Positions 48,136-60,929 of a stretch of DNA of 64,000 nucleotides are shown piece by piece. The translations under genes were made by a program, and so were the position numbers. Under the pieces are notes generated by a model, which worked only from the letters and a program-made list of their open reading frames with translations, did not search any database and was not told where the DNA came from. Origin of the DNA: Mustelus asterias. Taxonomy: Eukaryota. How positions within the stretch are numbered: the first letter of the stretch is position 1; every line of letters starts with the position of its first letter. The stretch covers positions 24,242,001 to 24,306,000 of the forward strand of contig NC_135805.1 of NCBI RefSeq assembly GCF_964213995.1. Direction: 5' to 3'.

Positions 48136-49174
48136 TGCTCGGCAACTCCACAAACTTTTCTGAGCTGGATCAGGGAGAGTCGAGATTCACTGGTGCACAG
48201 TGAAAGAAATATCCTGTTTCAGACACCCCTATTTTTCATGTTGTCGAATTTGAGGTGCTCCACTTATAGCAACTTTTATTGCAGTGCAACTTGATGTCTG
48301 GGCATAGACCTTCCAGTATTTGGTAAAAAACATAATCACCAACATGTCGTATGCATCCCATCGTCAATTTTGACTACTTGATTCTACTTAAGGCATAAAT
48401 TAAAACCTTTCATCAGTGGTGTCCTGAGAAAGCCCTTAATTGCTCCCTATGAAAAATAGAACTTTGTGGTGGAGACTAACACCATACATGGAAATAAATA
48501 TCTTTTAGTAAAAAACCTAACATTAACCCAGGTCACCAGTTAGTCAGAGACCAGATGTATGACCCAAAATGCATGTCAGCAGACCCCTGGAAATTGCCTG
48601 GAAAGTTTGAACTTTCGATGGGCAGTTCTCTGTTCTCCAGGACCTTCCAAAAAAGATCTCAACTCTTGAGGTACAGTAGGAGATTTCAGACCTGGGTCGT
48701 CACCCAGGAAGCATTGGGCAGAGAAATCCTAGTCCAACTTCTGCTGCATCGAAGTCGGAGCCTTTTAAACATGTCTGGGTAAGTAAGTTTTCTGTCTGAT
48801 CAGCGTCAGCTGCAGTGCGAGCTGATCAGAAGATTTCACAGTAAATACCCTCTCCATACTTCATGTAGCGCCTATTCTACCTCAGTTTGCATTGCATCTG
48901 TTCACTGTTTTGATAGTCATTATTGTATTTGTTTTGAGAGCGCAATAAAGCTCTGGGCTAAGACGTGACCCATTAGAATATGTCAAACTGATAAGATAAA
49001 TGGAAAGTTTGCTGGATTGAAAATTATTAGTTTATACGTCATTATTAGTTCTCATTTGGTCTAGTTGACATAAAAATAGGCTTTCAGTTTCCTAATGTAA
49101 TGATTAGTTGAGTTTTATGCACCTTTTGTTTTAGATATGTGAATACAATTTAATTGGTGATTTTTTCTTTACAG

Positions 49175-49233
49175 AAAAGAAAACTGGGGAGGTGGCTGTG
49201 CTGCAGAAAGATCAAAGATGTATTTACTATTTG
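49175..49233 (+). CDS. OARD1: OARD1 coding exon: (K)KKTGEVAVLQKDQRCIYYL
   Basis: ttttctttacag| ... TTG|gtaatt; 59 nt; matches human [20 protein letters not shown]. Confidence 0.93.
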
Positions 49234-49347
49234 GTAATTGATCCAGCCATTTTGTAAATTGAGTTATGGGATCACGATTTACCATTTAAATTAAAGATCA
49301 TGGCCAATATAATTTGGGAAAAATATATTTTCACTTGGAAATCTTTA

Positions 49348-49555
49348 TCACAGTGGTTAGCACTGCTGCCTCACAGTGCCAGGGACCAGGGTTCAATTCC
49401 GGGTTTGGGTCACTCTCTGTGCAGAGTCTGCACCTAATTCTCCCTCAGTGTACCCGAACAGGTGCCGGAGTGTGGCGACTGGGGGATTTTCACAGTAACT
49501 TCATTGCAGTGTTAATGTAAGCCCACTGGTGACTAATAAATAAACTGTAGACTTT
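49348..49555 (+). mobile_element. V-SINE family 2, internally deleted
   Basis: cacagtggttagcactgctgcctcacag...tccctcagtgtacccgaacagg...cagtaacttcattgcagtg. Confidence 0.8.
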
Positions 49556-49718
49556 AATTTTTCAAAATACACTACACACGTTATTTTAGCAAGAATTGGA
49601 TATGCTCCCAAAAGATTAGTGAAGTAACTGCTATTCATCTTTTAATTTTGTTAATCAGAAGATAAACTCGATACAAATGTAGCACTCGGATCTCCATTTT
49701 AAAAATTGATGACTTACT

Positions 49719-49863
49719 GGCACAGTGATTAGCACTGTTGCCTTACAGCGCCAGGGACCCAGGTTCGATTCCCGGATTGGGTCATTATCTCTGGAGCTTT
49801 GCACGTTCTCACCGTGTCTGCATGGGTTTCCTCCGGGTGCTCCGGTTTCCTCCCACAGTCTGA
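49719..49863 (+). mobile_element. V-SINE head/body fragment
   Basis: ggcacagtgattagcactg...ggttcgattccc...gtgctccggtttcctcccacagtc. Confidence 0.75.
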
Positions 49864-50254
49864 AAGAGCTAAACTTGTGGAGGTTCATGCTCAAACTTGA
49901 TTATGAACCCATCACATCAGCCTTATCTTACACTCATGACAGATCTGCAAGAGAGTGTTTGTGCAAAGTTCTGTGTTGTCATTTTGGCATTGAATGCTTG
50001 AATGTTTAATTCTCACTTTTTGGTGCTTTTAGTTATTGACCTAATTCAAAGATGACAACTTTGCTGAGTAATGATTACAATATAAATAGTTTAAAGTTGT
50101 AATATTTTTCTTATCCACCTGATTTTTCTGACGTGCACATAAACCGAGTAATCCAGTGTATTTGAGAACCAGCCCAAGAAAATTGCCGTTTTAAATACCC
50201 CCTGGTCATTATTGTCTACCTTGTTGGCTGACAAATGATTTATTTCTTTTACAG

Positions 50255-50367
50255 ATCACTAAAAAGGTAGCATCAGATAAGCCAACTTATGCCGATCTGC
50301 AGAGCAGTCTCATGGCCATGAAGAACCACTGCCTGAGTAATGGAGTCTCGCGCATCTCAATGCCCAA
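50255..50367 (+). CDS. OARD1: OARD1 coding exon: [37 protein letters not shown](K)
   Basis: tttcttttacag| ... CCAA|gtaata; 113 nt; contains the catalytic Lys equivalent to human K84 (LITK). Confidence 0.93.
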
Positions 50368-52066
50368 GTAATAATGATGGAGAAGTTGAATTTTTTTGCT
50401 TTTACTGAAGTTTTATCACAATTACATTCTTTATTATTCCAATGTCCCGCTTTCTGACCTATCATCCTCCACTCTCCAAACTTCCAATTTTTCAAGAATT
50501 GAGGTTCCAGTACCCTGTCCCACACTCAATCTCACTCGTCTGCGATGCTTGTGCAAATTAATGTATACTAGCTTTTATGTTCTCCAGTTTACTACATTCA
50601 GTACCTCATCCTTATCAGATTTCTCGATAATCTTGCGCACTCAATTTTTCCAAATTCTTTCAGCCTTTATCTCCTCCCTTTCCCTTCCGACCCCCCCTCA
50701 ACAAACACAACTTCTATCTTCTGACTGTCGCTTGTGCATTTCCGTCACTTTCTTTTGCCTCAATCTTGATTGCAAAGCCTCCAGCTGTTTTTTTTCTGTA
50801 GTCTCTGAAGCCACTTCCCTAAACTTCTTCCTCTAAACGTTTCTGTAAAATGTATCTTTCTGACCAAACTTTGACATATTTTCTGATCCTTCCCTCAATG
50901 CTTTGGCACCCACTTCTCTGTTTATTTCCATGGGAAGCATTAAGAGTGAAGACTTGAAGGTGTACAGATCCCTTGAAAGTTGTAGAAGATTATAGGGATA
51001 GAGGAGGACAGGACCACGGGGAAATGTTGCAATGGGATGTGAATATTAGAGGCATCGGTGGTATGAGTTGTTACCAGGCTTGGAGGGGAGTTTTTCAATA
51101 TTGTTTGAATATAGTAGTGAAAGACCACTCTCATCACTTGAAATGACCTGTTGACTAAGCACAGTACATATACATATAGCAACCATCGAGAGATCTCCAG
51201 AACAAGCAATTCTATCATGGTCACTGGAGGATGATGGAGTCGACAGTAAGGAAAGTATATATTTTTAATAACTGGAAACATAAGCTGCTAGTTCTGTTTT
51301 ATACTGTCCGTGAGCACAGATCATGCAATGAGAAATCACTGTGGGTGAGAAATAGTGTGCTTGGACTGTCCTTCAGCTGTTATGTGATCGACTAGTTCAA
51401 AGGGAGTGGAGGCGATTTTATTTTTTAAATAAATGATTCGTCTTTGGTTCAGTTAATTTTTCACTAAAGTTGTAACTGCAGTTACAAAGGAGTTAGTGCC
51501 ATACAGAGAACCCATGAAATGTTTGCCACAGCAGTAACTGTTTTTAAGAGGATTGTCATGTATTACTGTAATTGAAACATAGATTTTTAATAGATCAGCG
51601 GGAAAGTATGTTTCAAGTCAAATCAGTCTACAGGACAGGACTATTAGGGTAATTGCATGTATATCATGTAGGCCTTTGGAACCCGCATCCTTAACAATGT
51701 AGATGGGTGTTTACTTTTGAGTTTCACTGATGAGTTAGTTTAATTTCTGCCTTGGACAGCTGGTAGCTTCAGGAAAACTCAGGAATTTGCGATGCCATTT
51801 GTTTATTCCTTATTCACTGGCTCCCACTCTGTGTGCCATGTATTACTAAAAGCTGCCTTTGTTACAGCTCGTTGAGACTCTCCTCTGAAGATCAGCCTAG
51901 TTGTCTTAATTTGCAAATAAATTACATAATTTATGCATGGCATAACAAGTGTTAAATCCTCACTATCCTATATAATTGGATTTAGCAGTTTTTCGATTTA
52001 ATTGTGCTTATTAACTCAAGACCTGGCTATACTTCGTTGTTATAAACAGTAATGTTTTCTCTGCAG

Positions 52067-52169
52067 GATCGGGTGTGGTCTGGACAACCTGGAGTGGGAC
52101 AAGGTTTCTGCAATAATTCAAGAGGTTTTTAAGGATACAAATACCACAGTCACTGTGTATTCTTTGTGA
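52067..52169 (+). CDS. OARD1: OARD1 last coding exon: [33 protein letters not shown]
   Basis: ttttctctgcag| acceptor; IGCGLD loop with the D125 equivalent; TGA at 52167-52169; matches human [33 protein letters not shown]. Confidence 0.95.
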
Positions 52170-52551
52170 GGATGCTTATTATGACTTAAAACACACAAGT
52201 GCGGGGACAGATGGATGCGCAATAATTACTTGGGTACTTTTTGTTATCTGTTTGATTCTCATCAGTTGGTTACTAATTGCTTCTTCTGTTGATACAAAAG
52301 GTAATTTATGTTTATGACATATGTATTACAATAAGTTCATAAGATCTGCGATGAAAGTCATCTCCTAATAGACTCGTGAGTCTCAGATTTGTGCATTCCA
52401 TAATTTCTATAATAGATTGTCAATTTTGGACTAAAACAAGTTGTTTCTATTTTATTAGGAGAATTTCACCTCTATGATTTGAAATAGAAATTGTGATTTG
52501 CCAAAATGTCAAGCTTACCATTTGAGTGAGCCTGTTCATGTGTCCTTACTG

Positions 52552-52557
52552 AATAAA
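52552..52557 (+). terminator. Candidate OARD1 polyadenylation signal AATAAA
   Basis: First canonical AATAAA I found, ~380 nt after the stop codon, followed by T-rich sequence. Confidence 0.4.
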
Positions 52558-52920
52558 TTCTTTCTATTACTCTCCAAATTCAAGTCTGTTACTGGGATGC
52601 TACTGCTGCCATGGAATTATTGTACCGATAATAATTTGATCTGTTATAATTTGACTTATTATTATTTGCTTAGAATTTCACAGGACTAAGGTTTACGTTC
52701 TGCATGTGACTTCTTCCACCTTAATTCATCTCACCTTATCAATTCTGACCTTTTCTTCTTCATGTACTTCTCTTCCCCTTAACTGCATCTATGCTGCAGC
52801 GCCTCCCTATTCTCACCATTCTGAGTAAAGAAGTCCTCCTGAATTCCTTATTGGATTTAAGAGTGACCAACTTGTATTTATGACCTCCAGCTCATACATG
52901 CTCACAAGTTGAAATTGAAT

Positions 52921-53220
52921 TTTATCTATTTGTCACAAGTAGGCTTACATTCACACTGTAATAAAGTTACTGTGAAAATCCCCTAGCCACCACATTCCAG
53001 AGCCTGTTCAGGTATACTGAAGGAGAATTTAGTATGGCCAATGCACCTGCCCAGCACATCTTTCGGACTGTGGGAGGAAACCGGAGCACCCAGAAGAAAC
53101 CCACGCAGACACAGGGAGAATGTGCAGACTCTGCATAGACAGTGGCCCAAGCCAGGAATCGAACCTGGGTCCCTGGGCCTTGAGGCAGCAGTGCTAACTG
53201 CTGTGCCACTGTGCCATCCC
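52921..53220 (-). mobile_element. V-SINE family 2
   Basis: Reverse complement of 31019-31320. Confidence 0.82.
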
Positions 53221-53519
53221 AAGTGGGAGCATCTATGGCTCCTTCAAAATTGTAACAATCTGGATCGAACCACTGCTCAGAACTCCAGCCTGTTGAGTTT
53301 TTTCTGTACCCTCTCATTTCTGGTGATCTCCATTCTCCAGTACTTCAGATCGTTTTTGTAATATGGATACCAGAACTGTGGACAGTACTCAAAATTGTGG
53401 TTCATCATCATTTTTTTGCTTTTGAATTTTATTCCTCCAAAAATAAAAAATGGATTTTTTTTTTGCTATCCTAAACTCTGTTCCTAAATTTACTTCTAAA
53501 TCCAAAATGCACTTCTACC

Positions 53520-53690
53520 CATGGCTTGGTTGATAGCATTCTCACCTATTGAATCAGAAAATTATGAATACAAGTCTCACTCCAGGACCTGAGCGCAACT
53601 ATCCAGGCTGCTGTCCAGTGCAGTACTCACAGGTGCTGTCTTTCAGGTGAAACATTAAACCGAGGTTGTGTCTGTTATCCTGAGTGGAAT
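53520..53690 (+). mobile_element. Deu-domain SINE 5' part
   Basis: tggcttggttgatagcattctcacc...caagtctcactccagg...gtgctgtctttcaggtgaaacattaaaccgagg. Confidence 0.55.
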
Positions 53691-53693
53691 ATC

Positions 53694-53760
53694 TGTAAGA
53701 AGTCTCACAACACCAGGTTAAAGTCCAACAGGTTTATTTGGTAGCAAATACCATAAGCTC
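53694..53760 (-). mobile_element. PLE pLTR fragment
   Basis: gtaagaagtctcacaacaccaggttaaagtccaacaggtttatttggtagcaaataccataagct. Confidence 0.8.
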
Positions 53761-53899
53761 TGTTGCCATGGCTTTATTTTGGGATTTGTTGGCTTTTTAC
53801 TCTGCTGGAGGCAATGGTCTTTTGTTCAAAAGGATTGTGTTTCTGCTAACCCTTTATAAAGTTAAATAAGACCAAGACATAACTGGAGTTACGTTCGTG

Positions 53900-54420
53900 A
53901 GATGTTTCACACTCATGTCCTCTCAATGAGCGACATCGCTTTGAGATAGCTCCTTATGCACATGCTCAGTATTTTCGGTTAATCCTTTACATCACCCCTG
54001 CATCTTTTTCCCATGCTATTATACACATGTTCCCCCAAAGTCTTCTCTTAAAGGGCAGTTCTTTTTGGTATGTTTTGCCAGGCTTCCTGATTGAACACAG
54101 AGCTCCTTCTGAGGTCAATGAGAACCCTGTTATTCTAGGGTCAGTTTGTGGAGGTTGTCACTCCTGGTTTCCCTCATTTCTGGTTCTATAAGTGTGACTT
54201 TCTTTTGAGGTTCAGTGTACTCTGCCTATGCTGTTAATGGTTGTCTGCCCATTGAAATTAGTGCCTATCCATTCCTTTGAATGATGTCTGACTGTGTCTT
54301 GACAAGGTACAATCTCGGTTGCTGTAACTTCTCAGTTACCACACCAGCTCAGGTCTGGTCTTTTGATCCAAATCTTTTCTCGCCTTTTTAAGAATCAAAC
54401 GGTCTTGAGCTCCATGCCTC
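53900..54420 (-). mobile_element. Gypsy-like LTR retrotransposon relic (integrase C-terminus, PPT, start of 3' LTR)
   Basis: Minus strand: RLYLVKTQSDIIQRN (cf. PRSYxVxT..xRRN), then a purine tract aagagaagactttggggga followed by tgt. Confidence 0.4.
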
Positions 54421-54444
54421 TGATTAATGTACAAGCTTGACTTT

Positions 54445-55065
54445 TTTTATTATTATTTATGGGATGTGGGTGTCGCTGGTAGGCCAGCATTTATGGCCAT
54501 TCCCTAGTTGCCCATGAGAAGATGGTAACGAGTGCCTTCTTGAACTGTTGTAGTTCCTGAGGTGTAGGTACACCAACAGTGCTGTTAGGGAGGGTGTTCC
54601 AGGATTTTGACCCAACAACATTGAAGGAACGGCGATTATATTTCCAATGGAGGATGGTAGCAGTCATGGGTTTAGAAGGTGCTGCCTAAGGAACCTCAGT
54701 GAATTCCTGCAGTACATCTTGTACACACTGCTGGCATTGTTCGTCAGTGATGGAGGGAGCGAATGTTTGTAGAAGGGGTGCCAACCAAGCGTGCTGCTTT
54801 GTCCTGGATGCTGACGAGCTTCTTGAGTGTTGTTGGAGTTGCGCTCATCCAGACAAGCAGAAAGTACAGTGGAGCCCCGTTGTAACGCGATTTAGCGCGA
54901 AATCGATATAACGCGATGAACCATTGGACCCTTTTATTTGCTCTTTCCAGTTCAGTGATTTAGCGTGACCCCGATAACATTCGCAATAACATTTTATGGA
55001 CCCCCAACCATCGCGTTACAACGGGGCTCCGCTGTATTCCACCACATTGTTGCCTGTATTTATCC
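54445..55065 (-). mobile_element. L2/Crack-like LINE 3' fragment, interrupted by a MITE
   Basis: Reverse complement of the 27300-29140 family; the host reads gcagaaag-TA-ttccacc across the MITE. Confidence 0.7.
54867..55034. mobile_element. Tc1/mariner (Tigger/pogo-type) MITE, 168 bp
   Basis: 25-bp TIRs cagtggagccccgttgtaacgcgat / atcgcgttacaacggggctccgctg (1 mismatch); TA duplication at 54865-54866 and 55035-55036. Confidence 0.88.
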
Positions 55066-55434
55066 AAATCATACACAGTACCATTGTCTTGACTTTTTTT
55101 TACAAATATGAGGCACAAAACCACTAATAAATACATTGCCAGTTAGAGAGGAACACTGCTGCAGTGGAGAAATGTTTACCATATTGTAAAGCAGATTAGA
55201 CATTGTTTTCTTATCCAGGGTGAGACTTCTACAATGGAATGTTTTGATTTGGCTGAACAAATTGGCAGAGACATCAAGCGATTCTTCAACTTCGTAGAAA
55301 TGTTCCTGTTACTTAACTGTAATGGAACACTGGTTCTTCAGGTTTATGCAGTCAACAAAATAAAATAAGCCACACGAGTCTGTGTTTTGGGCTTGCTATT
55401 ACAAGTGTCGATTTCAGTAATCGAGTTTGGAAAG

Positions 55435-55865
55435 AAAAGAAAGACTTGTATTTAGTGCCTTTCACAACCATTGGCCTTCTCAAAGCACTTCACAGCCAAT
55501 TAACAGCCAATTTTGAAATGTAGTCATGATTATGTCAATCAGTTTATATACCAAGCTCCTACAAATAGCACTTTAGTAATGACTAGGTAATCTGCTTTTA
55601 TAATGTTGATTGAGATATAAATGCGAGCATCAAGGATAACCCCTGCTGTTATCTGAAATAATGCCATCGGATCTTTTGCGTCCATATTAGAAGGCAAATA
55701 GTCCCCTGTCTATCATCTCATCTGAAAGGCAGCACCTCTGGCAGTGTTGTGCTCTCTCACTGCTGCACTGGGATGTTAGCCTTGGTTTCTGTGTTCAAAT
55801 GTCCTGAGGTGGTACTTGAACCCACAACCTTCCGACTGAGGCGAGGATGCTACTGACTGAGCCAG
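55435..55865 (-). mobile_element. Deu-domain SINE, near full length
   Basis: aaagacttgtatttagtgcctttcac...aataatgccatcggatcttttgcgtcca...cttgaacccacaaccttccgactgaggcgag...ctgagcca. Confidence 0.7.
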
Positions 55866-55999
55866 AGTTGACATGGACAAAAGAGCCTTATTACTTGCCC
55901 CATGTAGTTGTACATATGTTACGAACTTTTGATTGGGCTATGCAATTTTGTAACCCTGGTCAATCTTGCATCATTAACCTAATCTCTCTCCCTGGCCCT

Positions 56000-58117
56000 A
56001 CATTCAACCCTGGAACACCTAGATAACAAAGACACCTATGTCAGACTCCTATTTATTGACTACAGCTCAGCCTTCAACACCATTATTTCGAGAAATCTCA
56101 TCTTCAAACTCCATGGCCTGGGGCTTGGCTCGCCTATTCCCTCTGTGCCTGGATCCTAGACTCCCTAACCCACAGACCGCAATCAGTAAGGACAGGCAAC
56201 AACATGTCCTCCACAATCATCCTTTTCAGACTGGAAACCGGTTACCAGCGGAGTGCCACAGGGATCAGTGCTTGGTCCTCTGCTATTTGTAATTTTTATA
56301 AATGACTTGGAGGAGGGGGCTGAAGGGTGAATCAGTAAATTTGCTGATGACACCAAAATTGGAGGAGTAGTGGATGAGGTGGAGGGCTGTTGTAGGCTGC
56401 AAAGAGATATAGATAGGATGCAGAGCTGGGCTGAAAAATGGCAAATGGAGTTTAACCCTGATAAATGTGAGGTGATTCATTTTGGTAGGACAATTTGAAT
56501 GTGGATTACAGGGTCAAAGGTAGGGTTCTGAAGACTGTGGAGGAACAGAGAGATCTTGGGGTTCATATCCACAGATCTCTGAAGGTTGCCACTCAAGTGG
56601 ATAGAGCCGTGAAGAAGGCCTATAGTGTGTTGGCGTTCATTAACAGGGGGTTTGAGTTTAAGAGCCGTGGGGTTATGCTGCAACTGTACAGGACCTTGGT
56701 GAGACCACATTTGGAATATTGTGTGCACTTCTGGTCACCTCACTGCAAGAAGGATGTGGAGACACTGGAAAGAGTGCAAAGGAGATTTACCAGGATGCTG
56801 CCTGGTTTGGAGGGTAGGTCTTATGAGGAAAGGTTGGGGGAACTTGTGCTTTTCTCTTTGGAGCGGAGGAGGTTGAGAGGAGACTTGATAGAGGTTTATA
56901 AGATTATGAGGGGGATAGATAGAGTGAAGGTTCAAAAACTATTTCCTCAGGTGAATGGAGCGGTAACTACGGTGCATAACTATAGGGTTCATGGTGGAAG
57001 ATATAGGAAGGATGTCCGAGGTAGGTTTTTTACTCAGAGTGGTTGTGGTGTGGAATGGACTGCTGCAGGGATAGTGGAGTCAGAAACTTTAGGAACATTT
57101 CAGAAGCTATTGGATAGGCACATGGAGTACTTCGGGATGATAGGGAGGAAATAGCTTGATCTGGGTTTCAGACAAAGCTCAGCACAATATCGTGGGCCAA
57201 AGGGCCTGTTCTGTGCTGTACTGTTCTATGTTCTATCCTTAACATCAGTGCCCTGCAAGGCTGTGTCCTTAGCCCCTTATATACTCCCCTCCAACTTGAT
57301 TTTCAAGTTTGCTGATGACACCACTGTAGAGGGTCGGATCTCAGACAATGACAAGACAGAGTACAGGAAAGAGATAGAGAATCTGGTGAACTGGTACGAC
57401 GACAATAATCTCCCTCAATGTCAACAAAACGAAGGAGATTGTCATCGACTTCAGGAAGCGTAGTGCAGGAACGTCCCTGTCTACTTCAATGGGGACGAAG
57501 TAGAAATGGTCGAGAGCTTCAAGTTTCTAGATGTCCAGATCACCAACAACTGGTCCCTCCATGCGGACACTATAGTTAATAAAGCCCACCAATGCCTCTG
57601 CTTTCTCAGGAGACTAAGGAAATTCGGCATGTCCCCTACAACTGTTACCAAGTTTTACGGAAGCACCATAGAAAGCGTTCTTTCCGGTTGTATCACAGAT
57701 TGGTATGGCTCCTGTTCTGTCCAAGACCGCAAGAAACTACAATGGGTCATGAACGAAGCCCAGTCCATCACTCAAACTAGCCTACCATCCATTGACACAG
57801 TCTACACTTCCCACTGCCTCGGAAAAGCAGCCAGCATGATCAAGGACCCCACGTACTCTCTTCTGCCTTCTTCCATCGGGAAAAGGATGCAAAAGTCTGA
57901 GGACATGTACCAACTGACTCAAGAACAGCTTCTTCCCTGCTGCCATCAGACTTTTGAATGGACCTACCTCGCATTACGTTGATACTCTACACCCTAGCTA
58001 TGACTGCAACATTCAGCGCTGTCTCCTTCCCTTTGTCCTGTATGCTTTGTCTGTATAGCTCGCAAGAAACAATACTTTTCACTGTCTATCAATACATGTG
58101 ACAATAATAAATCAAAT
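56000..58117 (+). mobile_element. Rex1/Babar LINE (RT and 3' end), split by a CR1 at 56225-57234
   Basis: [60 protein letters not shown]; tail aaatcaaatc. Confidence 0.85.
56225..57234 (+). mobile_element. CR1 LINE 5'-truncated copy nested in Rex1
   Basis: [21 protein letters not shown]; atcctt duplicated at 56219-56224 and 57235-57240. Confidence 0.9.
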
Positions 58118-58219
58118 CTTTAAGCATTTTGTGGCACATCTGCTGGTATCCTCAGTGCCATCTGCTTGAGGGAGAAATTCAAAAATACAACCTTAGATTT
58201 TACAATTGAACACACAAAA

Positions 58220-58525
58220 CCATAAGGTATAGGAGCAGAATCAGGCCATTCAGCCCATTGAGTCTGCTGCGCCAGTCAATCACGGCTAATAAGTTTCTTA
58301 ACCCAATTCTCCCACCTTTTCCCCGTAACCTTTGATCCCCTTACCAAACAAGAACCTATCTATCTCTGTCTTAAAGACACTCATTGACCTGGCCTCCACA
58401 GCCTTCTGTGGCAATGAATTCCATAGATTCACCACCGCTGGTTAAAGAAATTCCTCCTCACCTTGGTCCTAAAGGGTCATCCCTTTATTCTGAGACTGTG
58501 CCTTTGGATCCTAGTCTCACCTACG
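58220..58525 (-). mobile_element. CR1 3' tail
   Basis: cataaggtataggagcagaatcaggccattcagccc...gaattccatagattcaccacc. Confidence 0.75.
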
Positions 58526-58812
58526 TGGCTGAATGTTATCTGCTATCATAATAAAATATATTTCTCATGTTTTGCATTCTTTTCCTGGAATGAACTGGCT
58601 AATTTTTTTTGGTGCTGCTGATTGATGGATAAAAGTTGTCTAATCTTGCCTAATTTAAAAAATATATATAATTGGGTCTTTTATCTTCAACTGACAAATC
58701 AGTTGAGGCATCAATTTAAAATCTTGTTTAGAATCCCTATATTATTTTAAGCACTATTGTACCCTACATGATTTTCTGGCAAATAATACTATGAAACAAA
58801 AGAAGGACCCTG

Positions 58813-59335
58813 GTGACTAAGGAAATTTGGCATGTCAGCTACGACTCTCACCAACTTTTACAGATGCATCATAAAAAGCATTCTTTCTGGTTGTGTCACA
58901 GCTTGGTATGGCTCCTGCTCTGCCGAAGACCGCAAGAAACTACAAGAGGTAATGAATATAGCCCAGTCCATCACGCAAACCAGCCTCCCATCTATTGACT
59001 CTGTCTACACTTCCCGCTGCCTCGGCAAAGCAGCCAGCATAATTAAGGACCCTACGCACCCCGGACATTCTCTCTTCCACCTTCTTCCTTTGGGAAAAAG
59101 ATACAAAAGTCTGAGGTCACGTACCAACCAATTCAAGAACAGCTTCTTCCCTGCTGCCATCAGTCTTTTGAATGGACCTACCTCGCACTAAGTTGATCTT
59201 TCTCTACACCCTAGCTATGACTGTAACACTACATTCTGCATTCTCTCCTTTCCTTCTCTATGAACGGTATGCTTTATCTGTATTGTGTACAAGAAAATAC
59301 TTTTCACTGTATACTAATACATGTGACAAATCAAA
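58813..59335 (+). mobile_element. Rex1/Babar LINE 3' end
   Basis: ORF 58832..59191 LTNFYRCIIKSILSGCVTAWYG...IIKDPTHPGHSLFHLLPLGKRYKSLRSRTNQFKNSFFP. Confidence 0.88.
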
Positions 59336-59344
59336 GCCAAGATC

Positions 59345-60300
59345 AAAGGTGTCACAATGAGGCTGCAGGATATTCTTTTGGGGGAGGATGAACAGCCAGA
59401 GGTTGTGATCTACACTGGAACTAATGACAGAGGTAGGAATAGGGATGAAGACCTGAAAGCAGATTTCAGGGAGTTAAGAAGGGAATTAAAAAGCAGAATC
59501 TTGAGCAGTAATCTCAGGGTTACTCCCAGTACCATGTGCTGATGAGCATAGGAATAGGAAGATTGAGCAGTTCAACACGTGGCTGGAGAAATGGTTGGAG
59601 TAGGAGGGAGAACTTTTAGATTTCCTAGGCATTGGACCCAGTTCTGGGGAAAGTCGGACATGTACAAGAAAGATTGGTTACACCTTGACTGGTACTAATG
59701 CCCTCATGGGGGGAGGATTGCTTGTGATTGTTGGAGGGTTGGTAAGGGGTGGGAATCTAAGGTGAAATTCAGAGTGGAAAAAAAATAGTGGTGGGAAGTA
59801 GAGAAGTATTAACTGATGAGGGGATCTGTCAGCAAGTAACATCAAGGTAAATAGAATGAGTGGAGAATTTGATAGATACAGTTAGATAGAATCTGGGTTT
59901 TAAAAAAACCTAAATCAGGGTTAATGTGCATGTATGTGAATGCACAGAGTGTGGTTAATAAGATTGGTGAACTACAGGCTCAAAGAAGGGCAGGACTGGG
60001 TGTTAAATATTCCTGGGTCCAGGTGTTTAGGAGAGTCAGGAAAGGAAAAAGGAGGAGGTTGGGTAGAAGCAGTATTGATTAAAAATGGCATTACTCGACT
60101 GGAGAGAGGATATTCAAGAGGGATCAAGGACTAAATCTCTGGCTAGGAGGAAGGAATGATCAGTGTAGTATATAGGCCACCCACGAGTGGAAGCAATGTA
60201 GATTTAAAAAATTTGCAAAGTAATTATGGCGAGGAGCAAGATTTATAGAATATAATGGCGACTTTAATTATCCAAATATAGAGTGGGTTAGGAATAGTAG
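59345..60300 (+). mobile_element. Degraded CR1 5' region (ORF1 esterase + endonuclease)
   Basis: RLQDILLGEDEQPEVVIYTGTND, KDWLHL, MYVNAQSV, WVLNIPG, GGGWV, VYRPP, IMATLIIQ (frameshifted MGDFNYP). Confidence 0.7.
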
Positions 60301-60929
60301 AGGGGGGCATTTTTGGCTGGAGGGTTAGATTATGCAACCCCTCTGAAGAATCTGGAGGATCAGGTTTACACCTGCCTATCTTTTAAAATGCTTATAGAGC
60401 ATCAGATGTTGATGGAGACACTGAAGGCTGGATTTCCAGCAGGTTGGAATGACTCGGAGCTGTATAAAAATGGCAGGATGGTCCCAATTCCAAGACTTCC
60501 AACTCCATTCCCGGGATGTCCGGTTTTCAGGTGTGCCTTTAAAGGGTGCAGGCTTTCGTGGAGTCAGGCCAAGTTTTTAAAGAGTCGTGGTTCACAGCCC
60601 TCAGAGGACTTGTGAATCATACTGTTCTGTAGGGACCTTTTAAAAGGTGAGTTCAAAATAGTCCTCCTTATTCATCCCATGCTGTGTATGCCTCCGCCCA
60701 CTCCCATGGCCCTTCATGTCTCCGTTACTGAGCTATGCCTCTCTGACCACACCCCGCCATGCCAAGCCATGGCATTTCCAGGCCCATTGACCCTCTCCAC
60801 TATATAGAACCAATGAACCTTTAGTAATTATAGGATATGTTTTTTTTTGAAAAGTCATTCATGCATTACTGTTTAAGTGATTTCGCTGTAGCCCAATAAA
60901 AATGCCAATCCAACCCCTTTTAAATATCA

